This document shows, piece after piece, positions 1 through 7,956 of a stretch of DNA of 40,447 bases. The position numbers were made by a program, and so were the translations under genes. The stretch comes from a bacterium (GTDB taxonomy: Bacteria > Zhuqueibacterota > Zhuqueibacteria > Oceanimicrobiales > Oceanimicrobiaceae), in NCBI GenBank assembly GCA_046758365.1, contig JBHIAC010000011.1, forward strand, positions 1-40,447. The letters are read 5' to 3'. Each line of letters begins with the position of its first letter. The stretch's first letter is position 1. The notes under the pieces are model-generated. The model was given only the letters and a program-made list of their open reading frames with translations, made no database searches and had not been told where the DNA came from.

Positions 1-27
1 TAACCAAATGGTGCATTATGAAGGTAC

Positions 28-302
28 ATCCCGCTTACACCATGCGGGAATGACATTCAGAGAGCAAATATGAGAAATTTACAATAGTTTAGTAGTAAAA
101 TATTTCCCAACAGATTAATGCAGCCAACGGATATTTAAAAAATGATTTTCAAATACCACATCTTCCAAAGGCATCTCATTGCACGGTACAGGTAACCAAT
201 TCGTACAATCAGAGATGGTCTCTTATCCGTTGGCAGTATCTATCCGTTGGGTTTCATTAGAACTTGTACTCCTTGTCTTAATCTTACATGCGGCTTCGCC
301 GC
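28..302. repeat. Cluster of short palindromic/REP-like repeats
   Basis: ATCCCGC(28-34)...GCGGGAATGAC(44-54) hairpin; 11-bp inverted repeat GCCAACGGATA (123-133) / TATCCGTTGGC (224-234) with a further TATCCGTTGG copy at 241-250; GCGGC-TTC-GCCGC hairpin at 290-302. Confidence 0.55.
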
Positions 303-311
303 GCTAGGTTT

Positions 312-629
312 TCATGGCCCTTCCTCATCAATTTCATCACTCCACAATGTTTCATGACATTGAAAGCAAGACGGTGCAATCGTTATTCTACCATCAACAT
401 TTGCCACGCCTCCGTCTAAGTCAGATTGATGACACTCAGTATCGCTGCAACCGCTGCTTGTTTTAAATGGAAATTTGTAACCCTTCTTATGCATTGCTCC
501 TTTAATATTTTCACTATGGTCATCAGGAGGCCCAATTTTTGAAAGAGAAGGGAATGGACCATTGCAGCTTAATAAGATGAATGTAAAAGTTAAAAAGATT
601 ATTAGTACTCTAAAACTCCTTATAATCAT
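312..629 (-). CDS. Small putative diheme c-type cytochrome lipoprotein
   Basis: Lipoprotein-type signal ending ILLS-C; heme motifs CSDTECH (CX4CH) and CFQCH; spare His residues (DDH, AMH) as possible distal ligands; sigma54 motif upstream. Confidence 0.7.
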   Translation of the reverse strand: MIIRSFRVLIIFLTFTFILLSCNGPFPSLSKIGPPDDHSENIKGAMHKKGYKFPFKTSSGCSDTECHQSDLDGGVANVDGRITIAPSCFQCHETLWSDEIDEEGP

Positions 630-672
630 TTAAGGTCTTATAGTTTGATGAAAAGTTTTTTAGGTATTTTAC

Positions 673-688
673 TGGCGACTTTTTTGCA
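673..688 (+). promoter_or_regulatory. Possible second sigma54 motif overlapping the first in opposite orientation
   Basis: Plus strand reads TGGCGA-CTTTT-TTGCA with correct GG-N10-GC spacing. Confidence 0.4.
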
Positions 689-700
689 AAGCCTATGCCA
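685..700 (-). promoter_or_regulatory. sigma54 -24/-12 promoter for the diheme lipoprotein
   Basis: Minus strand reads TGGCAT-AGGCT-TTGCA, the canonical TGGCAC-N5-TTGC spacing, 55 bp upstream of the ATG at 629. Confidence 0.75.
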
Positions 701-1165
701 AAATTGGGGTTAGGAGCTAGAAAATCTATAGTTCACTGCTTAATATTGTAATATAAGCTGTCTTAAATTATAATAATTAGGAAGATATACTTGCTTGTTA
801 GTTGTATTGTATTAAATGTAACAGGTTCATTTCATAAATTGAATTGTAGATTTGGTTCCGTAAGGCCTTGTTTTAAGATTATATTACAAATTCTTCTTTC
901 AATATTGTAATTTGCTAAATCATTAATCTGTATGTAACGAATGAAAATATTTTGACAGGGCGCTGTTTCTATTTGAGAATTCTTGGATAAATCTTATTAT
1001 ACCGCAGATTTAGATTTTTTAAATTAATATAGGTTTTAATAAAGAAGATTTCTATACAGAATTACCGCTGTGTTGGTAATTTTTACACATATTACATATT
1101 TTGAAATTTTTACCCACATCATTTAACCCTTCGCATTTTAGTGCTTCAGAAAATATTCATGTGAG

Positions 1166-1181
1166 CGGCATATTTTTTGCA
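1166..1181 (+). promoter_or_regulatory. sigma54 -24/-12 promoter for the DUF2271-dsbD genes
   Basis: CGGCAT-ATTTT-TTGCA, 70 bp upstream of the ATG at 1252 (RBS AAGGAG). Confidence 0.7.
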
Positions 1182-1251
1182 TATTTGAGACTCATATATT
1201 TTTTCCAGAGAGAGTAAAAATATTTATCGCTCTTCAAATGAAGGAGATATT

Positions 1252-2106
1252 ATGAAGTTCAAAGTAATTTCTTTCGTTCCGGTTACTATTTATACTTTTT
1301 TAGTTTCCCAATTAATTTCATTGAATGCAGTAACTGGAGCAGAGGGAACCGTAACATTTCAAGTCAGGACGGTAAGTTATGGAGGGGAATATGCAGAAAA
1401 GAACATCGGTGCTATTTGGGTTGAAGATTCTCAAAATAAATTCGTAAAAACTCTAAATCTTTGGGCAGCGAAAAGAAAAGGACATTTAATAAAGTGGAAT
1501 GCCGCTTCGGGTGGAAATGTGGTTGACGCAGTAACCAGTGCTACTCTTAGAACTCACGAGACCCATAATGTTACCTGGAATGGTACGGATATTAATGGTA
1601 ATAGGGTGCCAGATGGAACCTATAAGATTCTTGTTGAATTTACCGAGGATAACTCTAACAAGAGTGGTCAACCGCCAGGGAAATGGACCTCTATTGAGTT
1701 TTCAAAAGGTTCGTCTCCGCAAAATATTACTCCGGCTAATGAAACTTATTTTAAGGATATGGAGTTGGTCTACGCTGCAACGAATTCGACTAATACCTCT
1801 ATGAACGGAACCGTTCAGGATGCGGCGACAGGCGCCCCCCTTGAAAATGCGACGGTGCAGCTAAAAGAAGGAAATGTCGTGCGTTATGAAATAACTTCAA
1901 ACGCTTCCGGGTTATATAGTATTAACAATATTCAAGCCGGTACATACAAACTCGTATGTTCTAAACAAGGATATGAAACATGGATGGAGGATGTTAATTT
2001 CAACGCAGGTGAGCCAATAAATGGGAAGAATATTCTGTTAACCCCTACTTCCGATACCACAGCCCCTTCGCCTCCTAAAAACGTTAGAGTTGAATTAAAT
2101 AACTAG
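1252..2106 (+). CDS. Secreted DUF2271-family protein with C-terminal carboxypeptidase-regulatory-like (Ig-like) domain
   Basis: Signal peptide; AIWVED..FVKTL..W, VDAVTSAT and TWNGTD.NG..VPDGTY motifs typical of DUF2271; second domain GTVQDAATGAPLENATV...GLYSI.NI.AGTY.L..SK.GY. Confidence 0.75.
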   Translation: MKFKVISFVPVTIYTFLVSQLISLNAVTGAEGTVTFQVRTVSYGGEYAEKNIGAIWVEDSQNKFVKTLNLWAAKRKGHLIKWNAASGGNVVDAVTSATLRTHETHNVTWNGTDINGNRVPDGTYKILVEFTEDNSNKSGQPPGKWTSIEFSKGSSPQNITPANETYFKDMELVYAATNSTNTSMNGTVQDAATGAPLENATVQLKEGNVVRYEITSNASGLYSINNIQAGTYKLVCSKQGYETWMEDVNFNAGEPINGKNILLTPTSDTTAPSPPKNVRVELNN

Positions 2107-2167
2107 TTGCAAAATATATAAAAAAGAAGTAAATTATTAAGGTTTTATTTTGCCGGGAGGTCCTTAT

Positions 2168-3979
2168 ATGCACAAGAATATATTTTATCTTTTACTATTC
2201 AATCTGACCATATTCTCTACAATAAGCGCCCAGATTAAACCACCTGAGGTTGTAAAATTAGAAGCTTTCTTATCGGTTGATAAAATCAGAAAAGGTGATG
2301 CTTTTAAAATTGGAATAAAAGCAAAAATAGATGATGCATGGCATATCAACTCAAATAAACCACTAGAAGATTTTCTAATTCCTACTGTCGTTGAGTTTGA
2401 TGAAGTTAAAGGATTAGAATTTGGAGAAGTGAGCTATCCTGAAGGTGAATTGAAGCGTTTTGCATTTTCCGATAATCCTCTTTCAGTCTATGAAGCAGAA
2501 ATCCTGATATCGACGGATGTAATCACGACCGATGATTTCAGATTGGGGGAAAGAAAACTTACCGGTAGGTTTTCTTACCAAGCATGTAACGATGTTTCCT
2601 GCCTAGCCCCCACCAAGATACCATTTGCAATTACCACTTTTTTTGTGGACGCGGACACTCCCATTCATGAAATTAATAAAGAAAAGTTTCTTACGCAGCA
2701 ATTTGAGTTAGAAGAACTGAAAGGAGAAAGGGCTTCTACTGATGATAAAATTTCTCAGCTCATTTCAGGAAGCGGTCTATTCGTTACCCTTTTAATTATA
2801 TTTTTCGGTGGATTAGCGCTTAATTTAACCCCGTGTGTTTATCCTATCATCCCAATAACAATCAGCTTTTTTGTAGGTCAGGCTTCCGGGAAAATTAGTA
2901 AATCATTTTTACTGGCCTTAATTTATGTCATTGGCATATCTATTACTTATTCTCTCTTAGGAGTTCTTGCTGCAATGACCGGAGGGCTACTAGGTTCTTC
3001 ATTACAAAATCCTCTTGTATTAATTGGAATAGCTGTGATATTTTTGATTTTCGCATCAAGCATGTTCGGAGCTTTTGAGATCAGAGTCCCAACTTTCTTG
3101 TCTAACTTTGCAGGAGGATCAAAACAAGGATTTTTAGGCTCACTTTTCATGGGACTGACCGTTGGTATAGTAGCTGCACCCTGTATAGGACCTTTCGTTG
3201 TAAGCCTTTTGACTTTTGTTGCAGCTAAAGGAGACCGGTTTTTAGGCTTTCTAATGTTTTTTATTTTATCCCTGGGATTAGGATTACCTTATCTTTTTCT
3301 TGGTACCTTTTCAGGATTAATAAAAAATCTCCCCCGTTCAGGGGAGTGGTTGGTTTGGATAAAAAAAGTTTTTGGCGTAATTATGATTGGTGTGGCACTT
3401 TATTTTATCAGCACACTCATCCCTGAAATGGCCTACATTGTATTGTTAACAGCAACAGCCATTTTGGGTGGATTGTTTGTTGGATTTATCGATAAATCTA
3501 TTGCCAGTTTTAATTGGTATAAAAATCTCAAATCAGGCGTTGGTATTGTAATGATTTTATTCGGGATTTGGGTCGCTGTTTCTGCCTTTCGCGAATCTAA
3601 TACAGAATATGTTCATTGGGAGAATTACAATGATGCTCTTGTTTCAGAAGCCAAAACTGCCGGAAGACCTGTCATCATAGACTTTTATGCCGATTGGTGC
3701 ATTCCTTGTAAACAAATTGAAAAAAACCTCTTTACCGATCCGGCTATTGTTGAAAAGGCTGAAAATTTTATGACCTTGAAAGCAGACTTAACAAACGATG
3801 ATTCTGAACAAGTAAAATCGATCAGAAAAAAATATAAGGTACTCGGAGTGCCTACTGTTATTATTATTGACAGTCAAGGTAAGGAGTACAAGAGATTTAC
3901 CGACGAACTCGTTAATTTTAAGCCTGAAGAATTTTTAATTATAATGAATGATGTAGGTGCAAAAAGGTTAGGGAGCTAA
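2168..3979 (+). CDS. dsbD: Thiol:disulfide interchange protein DsbD (three-domain)
   Basis: N-domain YQACNDVSC; transmembrane domain with LTPCVYP and AAPCIGP; thioredoxin domain DFYADWCIPC. ATG at 2168 follows GGAGG, so it is preferred over TTG at 2150. Confidence 0.92.
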   Translation: MHKNIFYLLLFNLTIFSTISAQIKPPEVVKLEAFLSVDKIRKGDAFKIGIKAKIDDAWHINSNKPLEDFLIPTVVEFDEVKGLEFGEVSYPEGELKRFAFSDNPLSVYEAEILISTDVITTDDFRLGERKLTGRFSYQACNDVSCLAPTKIPFAITTFFVDADTPIHEINKEKFLTQQFELEELKGERASTDDKISQLISGSGLFVTLLIIFFGGLALNLTPCVYPIIPITISFFVGQASGKISKSFLLALIYVIGISITYSLLGVLAAMTGGLLGSSLQNPLVLIGIAVIFLIFASSMFGAFEIRVPTFLSNFAGGSKQGFLGSLFMGLTVGIVAAPCIGPFVVSLLTFVAAKGDRFLGFLMFFILSLGLGLPYLFLGTFSGLIKNLPRSGEWLVWIKKVFGVIMIGVALYFISTLIPEMAYIVLLTATAILGGLFVGFIDKSIASFNWYKNLKSGVGIVMILFGIWVAVSAFRESNTEYVHWENYNDALVSEAKTAGRPVIIDFYADWCIPCKQIEKNLFTDPAIVEKAENFMTLKADLTNDDSEQVKSIRKKYKVLGVPTVIIIDSQGKEYKRFTDELVNFKPEEFLIIMNDVGAKRLGS

Positions 3980-4110
3980 AAATCTTAAGATGTAAAGGAC
4001 GTTGGATACATCCCGTAGGATATTTATCTGACGGGATAAAAATCCCACGTCCTAAATATTGAAATTACGATTGCTTAAAGTTGAAATTATCCTGTTTTTG
4101 CACCAACGTC
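3950..4110 (+). mobile_element. MITE-like element, copy 1 (with nested 56-bp insertion)
   Basis: Terminal inverted repeats GATGTAGGTGCAAAAA ... TTTTTGCACCAACGTC; flanked by direct repeat ATGAAT (3944-3949 and 4111-4116); homologous to 28941-29039 and 33173-33272. Confidence 0.85.
3997..4052. mobile_element. Nested palindromic mini-element inside MITE copy 1
   Basis: GGACGTTGGAT...ATCCCACGTCC ends with inner ATCCCGT...ACGGGAT palindrome; flanked by TAAA on both sides (3993-3996, 4053-4056); absent from the other copies. Confidence 0.7.
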
Positions 4111-4241
4111 ATGAATGGAGCTTTATTAAGCAATTAAGATTCACACATGGGTAATTTTTTAATGTAATTAATACGAAAGATCCCAAAGATGAATGAACAA
4201 TTTAAAATTAATCTTTTGATAATAACAAAATATCGAGTGTT

Positions 4242-5057
4242 ATGAAGAACAAAATTAACTCAATAACTTCGGTTTTTCTGATTTGGGTATGTTGTTCTCC
4301 TATCGATATATTTGGTCAAATACCTGAAAACCAGGGGGAAAATAAACTTGCATCGCCGCAGAGCGTAGATACATCAATTTCTAAATATCCTGAAGAGAAG
4401 ATACTGAATCCATCAGTTAACCAATACTTTTCGGGAATTAAACGAGTTTTAACCAACAAAATTAATTTGTTTTATTTAGTTTCAGGTACTGGGGCATCGT
4501 TAATAGTCTGGCCCTACGATAAAGATATTTCTGAAGCGATAGAGGATGATAACTTTAATGAATTAGAATTACAAGCCCCTGATAAATTGGGGGGCTTTTT
4601 TGTAATTACTGGTGCTTCTGTATTTACTCATCTATTTGGCAGAGCCATTCGAAAGCCCCATTTAGCAAACACAGGATTATATTTACTCGAAGCCTACTTT
4701 ACGACAGTATTGATAACCGGTACTACAAAAATAATAGTTCAAAGAACCCGGCCAAACGGTGAAAACAATCTTTCCTTTCCATCTGGACACACTTCGGGAA
4801 TGTTTACCGTGGCTTCGGTTCTTGATAAAAGATATGGATACAAAGTGGGTATTCCAAGTTATTTGTTAGCAGGTTTTGTAGGAATTTCCAGGATAAAAAT
4901 GCAGAAGCATTTTCCAACGGATGTCATTGCGGGAGCAGCATTGGGTATTATTGTTGGGAGAAGTTTTGTGCCTTCTAAAAATAACAATAAATCTGCTGCT
5001 GTTTTACCTGTTTTTTATAGGAATTACGTAGGCATAAGTTACCAGGTGCACTTTTAA
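4242..5057 (+). CDS. PAP2-family phosphatase
   Basis: Three PAP2 motifs: KIIVQRTRP, SFPSGH, SRIKMQKHFPTDV; N-terminal signal peptide. Confidence 0.88.
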   Translation: MKNKINSITSVFLIWVCCSPIDIFGQIPENQGENKLASPQSVDTSISKYPEEKILNPSVNQYFSGIKRVLTNKINLFYLVSGTGASLIVWPYDKDISEAIEDDNFNELELQAPDKLGGFFVITGASVFTHLFGRAIRKPHLANTGLYLLEAYFTTVLITGTTKIIVQRTRPNGENNLSFPSGHTSGMFTVASVLDKRYGYKVGIPSYLLAGFVGISRIKMQKHFPTDVIAGAALGIIVGRSFVPSKNNNKSAAVLPVFYRNYVGISYQVHF

Positions 5058-6679
5058 AATACCACCCCCGTCTCTAAAAATAACCGTCCAGATTTTAAAC
5101 GATTATCTAAGAATAATCGATATCCAAAATTCATAAACAGCCAACGGTTGATTCGATAATAGCCATCCGTTTCCAACCAGTTGCTATTGGTCATAAGGCT
5201 GCCTGTTTGATAAATGTAACTGCCACCTCCTAAATTGAACGAAAGGTTTCGTAGCACAGGGATTCGAATATTAACCGTAGGTCGGTATCCTTTGGTGAAC
5301 ATGGTAGAAAAATATGAAAACCTAGCATTAAAAGTAGCCCAGGTTTGAAAAATATTTCGCACCCTTAAGGCCCCGGAAGCGGACAGCGTATTTTTCAAAT
5401 TCCCCTTTCTAAAACGAATTCCAAAATTTCCAGAAAGACGTATTCGGTTGGTAAGACGCAGAATGATTCCAGTATGCAATCCTTGCCGGGTAGTTTCATC
5501 AAATAAGCTATCAGGGATGGAACGGGTCTCATATACGCGAATATTTTTTCTTGCGTCATAAGAAAATGTAAGGGATAAAAAATCAAAAGGACGGTAGCGG
5601 GTGCTAATGTAAAAATTGCTTAATTGAAGTTTGCTTTTTCCATTTTCCTGTTTCCAACCACGATTAAAGTCTAATTCAACGGTTTGATAGATTGAAAATT
5701 TCATGCCTTTCCAGAAGTTGTTTTGCATATATATGAATTCTCGACTAACTTCACCACCATGATATCTACCTGAAAATGCAATAGTTGAAGAAATTCGTTG
5801 TGTTTGATATTCGCCTCTTTCAAAATTGAGGAAAATGCCAAATTTTTGTTCCTCGGTCTGGAAATGCGAATCCCTTAAACTAGGCTGAGTCCCACCGGCC
5901 AAACCAAAACGAAATAGGTTATTCATTTTAATCGAAAAAAGTCCTCCATCAATATAACCCAGACCACGAATTTGACGAGACAGGATTCTACCAAAGCCAA
6001 ATTCATAAGGAGAGTCATTATGATCGTATACTAGTCCCAATTCGTAAACATAATGTGTCCATTCGCTATCGGATATGTCATGGCTTAAAACCCGTTCTCG
6101 AGTGTGCGCTCTTGAACGCCATCGGAATCTAAGTTGCATCGGCAGGCCGAAAAATTGTTCCACTTTCAGCTTAGTCCGTAGTGCCAGTTGATGGTAGTCA
6201 AAATTCGAATTACCCATATCATCAAACCAAATAGACTGAAGACCAAATCGACCCTTAATCCTATTAACATTCCGTTTTTTACTCCTCCTTGAAGATCTTC
6301 TATCATTCTGGGCAGATTTTGAAATTCTCTCTGGTTTACGATTTTTTTGAACGTTAGACTTTTCATCTATAGTTTCATCATTTAAAATACGAACAAAAAT
6401 AGTAACGCTATCTCCCTGTTTAATGGTTTGCTTTTGGACCAACAATTTGCAGGCAGAGGATTGTTTTGCTATGTTTTCCACCAGTAATTTTCCAATGACA
6501 CGATTATTTCGTATTACAAACACGGTATCCCCGACACTCAACCCCTGGCCGGATCCGAGGTTTATGTAGTACGATTGCTTAGATATGTATTTAACTTCTC
6601 CAACTCTTTTGGTAAGAGTTTGGCCAAAAAGAGATGTACCACAGACTCCAAAAATAAACCATGTAATCATTTTTTTCAT
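5054..6679 (-). CDS. Outer-membrane beta-barrel protein (putative porin of a porin-cytochrome complex) with small N-terminal beta domain
   Basis: Signal peptide; about 400 aa of alternating amphipathic aromatic/Gly strands; terminal Phe beta-signal (LETGVVF); directly downstream of two multiheme cytochrome genes. Start at 6679 after GAGGA (6694 alternative). Confidence 0.75.
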   Translation of the reverse strand: MKKMITWFIFGVCGTSLFGQTLTKRVGEVKYISKQSYYINLGSGQGLSVGDTVFVIRNNRVIGKLLVENIAKQSSACKLLVQKQTIKQGDSVTIFVRILNDETIDEKSNVQKNRKPERISKSAQNDRRSSRRSKKRNVNRIKGRFGLQSIWFDDMGNSNFDYHQLALRTKLKVEQFFGLPMQLRFRWRSRAHTRERVLSHDISDSEWTHYVYELGLVYDHNDSPYEFGFGRILSRQIRGLGYIDGGLFSIKMNNLFRFGLAGGTQPSLRDSHFQTEEQKFGIFLNFERGEYQTQRISSTIAFSGRYHGGEVSREFIYMQNNFWKGMKFSIYQTVELDFNRGWKQENGKSKLQLSNFYISTRYRPFDFLSLTFSYDARKNIRVYETRSIPDSLFDETTRQGLHTGIILRLTNRIRLSGNFGIRFRKGNLKNTLSASGALRVRNIFQTWATFNARFSYFSTMFTKGYRPTVNIRIPVLRNLSFNLGGGSYIYQTGSLMTNSNWLETDGYYRINRWLFMNFGYRLFLDNRLKSGRLFLETGVVF

Positions 6680-6696
6680 TATCTCAATCCTCATAA

Positions 6697-7956
6697 TTAT
6701 TCTTTCCCATCAGGGTGGCAATCAAAACAAGCGTTACTTTCATATACATAATCATTTTTCCCACGGTGTTTCTCGTCCATTTTGGTCTGGTTGTGTTCAT
6801 GACAATTTAGACAAGAGAATATTTTTCTATTATTAGGATCGGTATGGCAGATAGAGCAATCATTATCCCATTTGTTTCGGTGTTCACCGGAAAAAATGGG
6901 AAAAAACAGATTATCATGGTCCCTAAATTCTCCTTTTTCGCCGTTTGGATGACACAGCAAACAATTATCAGTTCCATAGGTATAACCCGTGATTCCAGAA
7001 TGTTCGGCGTTCGTTTTGGATGGTTCGTGCTCATGGCAGTTAATACAGGAGACCACCTCAAAGCCTTGCGGGCTCACGTGGCATTCAACACATTCTTGCC
7101 AAGCGTCTTGGTGGGTACCCGAAAAAATTGGGAAAAAGTCAGAATCGTGATTTTCAGTAATGCCTGCTTCACTCCCGGTCGGATGACAAGACCAACAGGC
7201 GTTGCTTTCGTAAGCATAACCAGATAGTCCCCGATGTTTCTCATCCATTATCGACTGTCTGTGTTCATGACAATTCAAACAGGAAAATTCCTGAAAAGTC
7301 GCTGAATTTCTGTGACAATCCATACAGTCGCTCCAGGCCCCATCATGTTCGCCCGAAAAAATAGGAAAAAGGGCATCATGATTTGGGAAGAAAGCCGGGG
7401 GCCAATCGTTCATATCATGGCATTCCTGACACAGGATTGAAAATGAATTCGCCACATGATTGGGATTTTCTGTTTCAAGATATTCTTGCTGGTGGCAGGA
7501 AATACAGTCGGTGGTAAGCAAAGCGAAATCGCCTTGTTGCTGATTTTGATGACAGCTCCAGCAATCCACCAAAGTATGTCTGCCCAGCAAAGGGAAACGA
7601 CTGTTAGCGTGAATCTCTTCAACATTGAAAATCTCCCATCCTTGAACTGTGTGACAGCGCTCGCAGTCGCCCCCCATTTTAGCCTGGTGAACATCCTGAT
7701 GACAGGAAATACAATTTGAACCGATGGTGGAAAAATCTTCAATGTTGTGACAAGATTTGCAGTCCACCTCCTTGTGTCGGTCTTCTAACGGAAATTTGGT
7801 TCTGTTGTGATTAAACATAATATCCGTCCAAGAAGTGGTGACATGGCATACTTCACAATTGAAGTTCAGGTTCTTGTGTGGATTTTCCTGAGCCATGCCT
7901 ATCAAATAATTTGCCAATAGAATTACACAAATAATCCAGATACTACTTTTTCCCAT
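6697..7956 (-). CDS. Multiheme c-type cytochrome, 16 CXXCH motifs
   Basis: 16 CXXCH counted; signal peptide MGKSSIW...IGMA/Q; ATG at 7956 has GGAGG upstream and overlaps the end of the previous gene by 14 bp. Confidence 0.93.
   Translation of the reverse strand: MGKSSIWIICVILLANYLIGMAQENPHKNLNFNCEVCHVTTSWTDIMFNHNRTKFPLEDRHKEVDCKSCHNIEDFSTIGSNCISCHQDVHQAKMGGDCERCHTVQGWEIFNVEEIHANSRFPLLGRHTLVDCWSCHQNQQQGDFALLTTDCISCHQQEYLETENPNHVANSFSILCQECHDMNDWPPAFFPNHDALFPIFSGEHDGAWSDCMDCHRNSATFQEFSCLNCHEHRQSIMDEKHRGLSGYAYESNACWSCHPTGSEAGITENHDSDFFPIFSGTHQDAWQECVECHVSPQGFEVVSCINCHEHEPSKTNAEHSGITGYTYGTDNCLLCHPNGEKGEFRDHDNLFFPIFSGEHRNKWDNDCSICHTDPNNRKIFSCLNCHEHNQTKMDEKHRGKNDYVYESNACFDCHPDGKE

Noticed and set aside
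1819..1839. Second flavinylation-like motif DAATGAP
   Set aside because: Lacks the acceptor Ser/Thr and is the usual D..TG.PL pattern of carboxypeptidase-regulatory domains.
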